The notes below the pieces were generated by a model that saw only the letters and a program-made list of their open reading frames with translations, did no database searches and was not told the origin of the DNA. 64,000 nucleotides of DNA from an uncultured Acidobacteriota bacterium (GTDB lineage Bacteria > Acidobacteriota > UBA6911). Shown in pieces: positions 63,626 through 64,000 of the stretch; positions within the stretch are counted from its first letter, which is position 1; each line of letters starts with the position of its first letter. Made by a program: the position numbers and the translations under genes. The stretch spans positions 1 through 64,000 of the forward strand of contig CAWHCF010000026.1 of the NCBI GenBank assembly GCA_963827655.1. Direction: 5' to 3'.

Positions 63626-64000
63626 TCAGGGTCGGGCCAGACTGCCGCGTTCGGGGGGCACAGAAGGCTTGTCCTGAACCGCGGCGACGACCAGCTCCAG
63701 AGTCCGAAGGGCGGCGGCGTCTTCCTCCACCGTCCTCTTCCAACCCTCCCGCGAGCCGTCATACTTGAAAACGGACTCTGGCGGCGGGGGAACCCCGGTG
63801 TTCCTGGCATCGTACTGCTCATCGCGCCCGCCCAGCTTCCAGATCACGAGGTCGAGCGAGGGTACGACATAGAAGCTGTGGCCGCCGGACCCGGTTTTCC
63901 AGAACGCGTCGCGCGGAGCACCCGTCACGTGGCCGTCGTCATTGATGTTGAACTGCAGGCTGTACGGATAGTGCGGGTTGTACGGCGAGCGCCGGCTGCA
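63626..64000 (-). CDS. Serine hydrolase / beta-lactamase-related protein, C-terminal part (runs off the window)
   Basis: PRDAFWKTGSGGHSFYVVPSLDLVI matches the C-terminal motif of class-C-like serine hydrolases. Confidence 0.7.
   Translation of the reverse strand, partial: CSRRSPYNPHYPYSLQFNINDDGHVTGAPRDAFWKTGSGGHSFYVVPSLDLVIWKLGGRDEQYDARNTGVPPPPESVFKYDGSREGWKRTVEEDAAALRTLELVVAAVQDKPSVPPERGSLARP

Overview
GC-rich bacterial chromosomal segment with strong Acidobacteriota (Bryobacterales/Solibacter-like) hallmarks: PadR plus ADOP permeases, three Oar-type TonB-dependent receptors, a DUF1549/1553-DUF1501 pair, a tricorn protease, a Ser/Thr kinase with a beta-propeller, and many exported sugar-redox enzymes. 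I found no rRNA, tRNA or CRISPR array. About eight long conserved genes carry single-base frameshifts, most simply explained as unpolished long-read errors. Best leads: (1) a CPA1/NhaP antiporter whose rhodanese domain continues in frame through a UGA at a conserved Cys position, followed by a hairpin, i.e. a candidate selenocysteine antiporter-rhodanese fusion (23592-25274); (2) a Toll-like-receptor-like locus, with a TIR-TM-stalk-4Cys protein, a downstream secreted protein carrying a 68% identical copy of the same 4-Cys domain, a second secreted gene and an IS91 remnant (2023-5329); (3) an orphan tandem phage/eCIS tail-tube gene; (4) a 209-bp MITE, a REPIN-like palindrome and two families of short intergenic repeats. 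All family calls come from motif recognition by eye, not database searches.
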